Assembly: GCA_002633005.1 (NCBI GenBank)
Contig: NMRA01000085.1
Coordinates: forward strand, 297,915-349,375
DNA length: 51,461 nt
Direction: 5' to 3'
Source of the DNA: Phoronis australis
Taxonomy: Eukaryota > Animalia > Phoronida
This document shows, piece by piece, positions 49,739 to 51,461 of the stretch. How positions within the stretch are numbered: the first letter of the stretch is position 1; the number at the start of each line of letters is the position of its first letter. Below the pieces are notes generated by a model. The model saw nothing but the letters and a program-made list of their open reading frames with translations, had not been told where the DNA came from and made no database searches. The position numbers and the translations under genes are program-made.

Positions 49739-50157
49739 GGCGGAATTCACTCTGCATATGAACCACTGACGTCGCTGCGGACTTTCTCACCTTCCTCACG
49801 GGCTAACGCGACACCTCTCGGCAAGGTAAGGTCGACCGTGTACGAGCCGATGTGGCCCCAGACCGATTAAGACGGTAAAAAAGACTAATTAAATCGGGTG
49901 GCATTCGCCTTTAAGACGGTAATTAATTTAATTAAAAAAAGCAAAACTAAAAAAGTAAAAACAAAAAAAAAACGATGAAGTAACGCAGAAAATTTTAAAT
50001 GAAGAGAATGAAAAAGCAACCAATTCCGCCATTGAATGAGAGTTTGTCAAGGCTGATACGGCAGATATGATATTACACTGTAGGTATCGGATATAAACAA
50101 AACAATTATGTGTGTATACATGTCTAGGCCTATGCATATAAACAAATGTCCCAAACG

Positions 50158-50385
50158 CATATATATACACATGTACATATATACATATATATATATATAT
50201 ATATCAATACAGAATATATATATATATCAATACAGAATATATATATATATATATGTATATATGTACATGTATATATATATGCGAACACACGAGACAACAC
50301 GAAAGACGAGACGACACAAACCAACATTCACAACAAAAGTAATAAGTAATAATAAGTAATAGTTATTTATACATATTCTGTATTG

Positions 50386-50423
<38 letters not shown>

Positions 50424-50561
50424 CAATACAGAATATGTATAAATAACTATACCCAAACATTTCAGAATTCAGAGAATTGATGGGTTAAACATATTACTTA
50501 TTACTTTTGTTGTGAATGTTGGTTTGTGTCGTCTCGTCTTTCGTGTTGTCTCGTGTGTTCG
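50158..50561. repeat. (TA)n tract with nested perfect inverted repeats
   Basis: Perfect 92-bp palindrome 50359-50450 centred on (TA)n. Perfect 70-bp inverted repeat 50282-50351/50492-50561. CAATACAGAATAT fragments at 50205 and 50228. Confidence 0.92.
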
Positions 50562-50775
50562 TGTTCGTCCGTGGGTTTCCGTAAGTGGCCGGATGTTGTA
50601 AGTTCTAGTTTTGTCACGTGACTGGGGAATCGAGAGCTCTCTCTTCGTGTGGCTCTGCTGCACGCAGGACGTCTGCGTTTGTGGGTCGTCGTCTCAAGCG
50701 TGTATTCAAGTTTTCATATGAGTAGAGGTAAGCTGCACGAGAACCTGTGTACCAAGTCATAACATTTGGCGTAGT
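50421..50775 (+). mobile_element. Putative 5' LTR (to 50764) and primer-binding site (50767-50775)
   Basis: ...GTCATAACA|TT|TGGCGTAGT. TGGCGTAGT matches the start of the tRNA-Ser-type PBS TGGCGTAGTCGGCAGG. A leader of about 270 nt and an open ORF follow. The left LTR boundary is obscured by (TA)n. Confidence 0.6.
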
Positions 50776-51042
50776 TGCTACGAGCAGTTTCTACCTTTAC
50801 ACCGAGTGGCGCGTAGTTCGAAATAACTTTCGTGGATTTGTTTTTCCTTGTAGCTCGGTACCACCCGTGTCGTAGCGGGTAGGTCACTGAACACGGGTGT
50901 TCAGCTGTTTCGCTTATTACATTCTTCATTTTTGTCTAGTAAATATATTACCATTAGTATAATTTTTATTTGGTATTGTTTTCAAGTTCAGTCTTTTCAG
51001 ACCTACATTTAATTAGTGCCACACCCTTCGTGGTACCATAAC

Positions 51043-51461
51043 ATGGCGTCCAAGATTCTAATCAATTCTTGTGACGCTACAAAACTGTTGGGCCTTCCGG
51101 GTATGACTACTGATGTTGCTGCTGCAGTTATGGACTTCAGAGCAATATTAGCTATTACTCCGGAGAATGTGTGCAAGGTACATTCCAGTTGGAAGCCAAC
51201 CAAGACTGTACAGAAGTCCATAGACTTTACAGTCCCATGCGTTCTGCCAGAAGATTTGGAGGAAGTAGTCAAGGTTTGTGACGAATATGGTAAGAAAACG
51301 TCATCAATACTTACCTCTAGCCCTGACTATTCATTTTCCAAGTTGGCAGCTAAACTGACTCCGTCGTCAAAGACTGGTAGTGGCGTTGCTTATGCAAAGT
51401 CTCATTCGCATACTAGCATGTCACCTACGCCCTCTGGCTCTGGCACTCATTACCTGTCACG
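51043..51461 (+). CDS. ORF open to the right edge: N-terminal ComEA-like helix-hairpin-helix and Ser/Thr/Pro-rich linker; probable retrotransposon Gag
   Basis: AACATGG context; 139 codons with no stop: MASKILINSCDATKLLGLPGMTTDVAAAVMDFRAILAITPENVCKV...SIDF. It fits the I.IN.A....L..LPGIG...A..I...R pattern, with the hairpin as LPGM. Missing from the ORF track because it has no stop in the window. Confidence 0.7.
   Translation, partial: MASKILINSCDATKLLGLPGMTTDVAAAVMDFRAILAITPENVCKVHSSWKPTKTVQKSIDFTVPCVLPEDLEEVVKVCDEYGKKTSSILTSSPDYSFSKLAAKLTPSSKTGSGVAYAKSHSHTSMSPTPSGSGTHYLS

Larger units (their letters stand above)
47886..49910 (+). mobile_element. Kolobok-type non-autonomous DNA transposon, copy 1 (2025 bp)
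   Basis: TTAA|AGGAGCATGCCACCC ... GGGTGGCATTCGCCT|TTAA. Contains convergent KolX-like and THAP ORFs and no DDE catalytic region. Confidence 0.92.

Noticed and set aside
49282-49870. Overlapping 92-129 aa ORFs around the THAP
   Set aside because: Shadow frames of the THAP and KolX sequences with no independent motifs.
50108-50359. Tyr/Ile-rich ORFs
   Set aside because: Translations of the (TA)n microsatellite.
50282-50760. Penelope-like inverted pseudo-LTR with a hammerhead ribozyme
   Set aside because: I found no CTGA.GA...GAAA core on either strand, and ACA followed by a PBS fits an LTR element better.

Overview
AT-rich animal (probably marine invertebrate) genomic DNA, not prokaryotic. 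I find no rRNA, tRNA or CRISPR array. The only clear host gene is a single-coding-exon class A GPCR resembling the sex-peptide/MIP receptor group (37708-38853, minus). A decayed paralog lies at 26020-26895, and the region 5' of the intact gene is duplicated at about 2390-6893, which suggests a tandem receptor cluster. The rest is nested transposon material. This includes three non-autonomous Kolobok-type elements (TTAA target, 15-bp TIRs, convergent THAP and P2X7-ballast-like KolX remnants), two of them inside or next to a CR1-type LINE that carries a 2A-like motif. There are also Ty3/Gypsy pol fragments, Tx1/L1-type and CR1 3' ends, an ISL2EU-like THAP element whose empty site is visible in the window, MITEs with 5-bp or 8-bp TSDs, and two fold-back structures. 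Two ORFs missing from the supplied track run off the window edges. At the left is a Gag-like ORF behind an unusually short LTR-like leader. At the right is an ORF starting with a ComEA-like helix-hairpin-helix, downstream of an LTR/PBS embedded in a (TA)n tract together with inverted and abortive copies of its own terminus. All family assignments come from motif recognition by eye; no database search was run.
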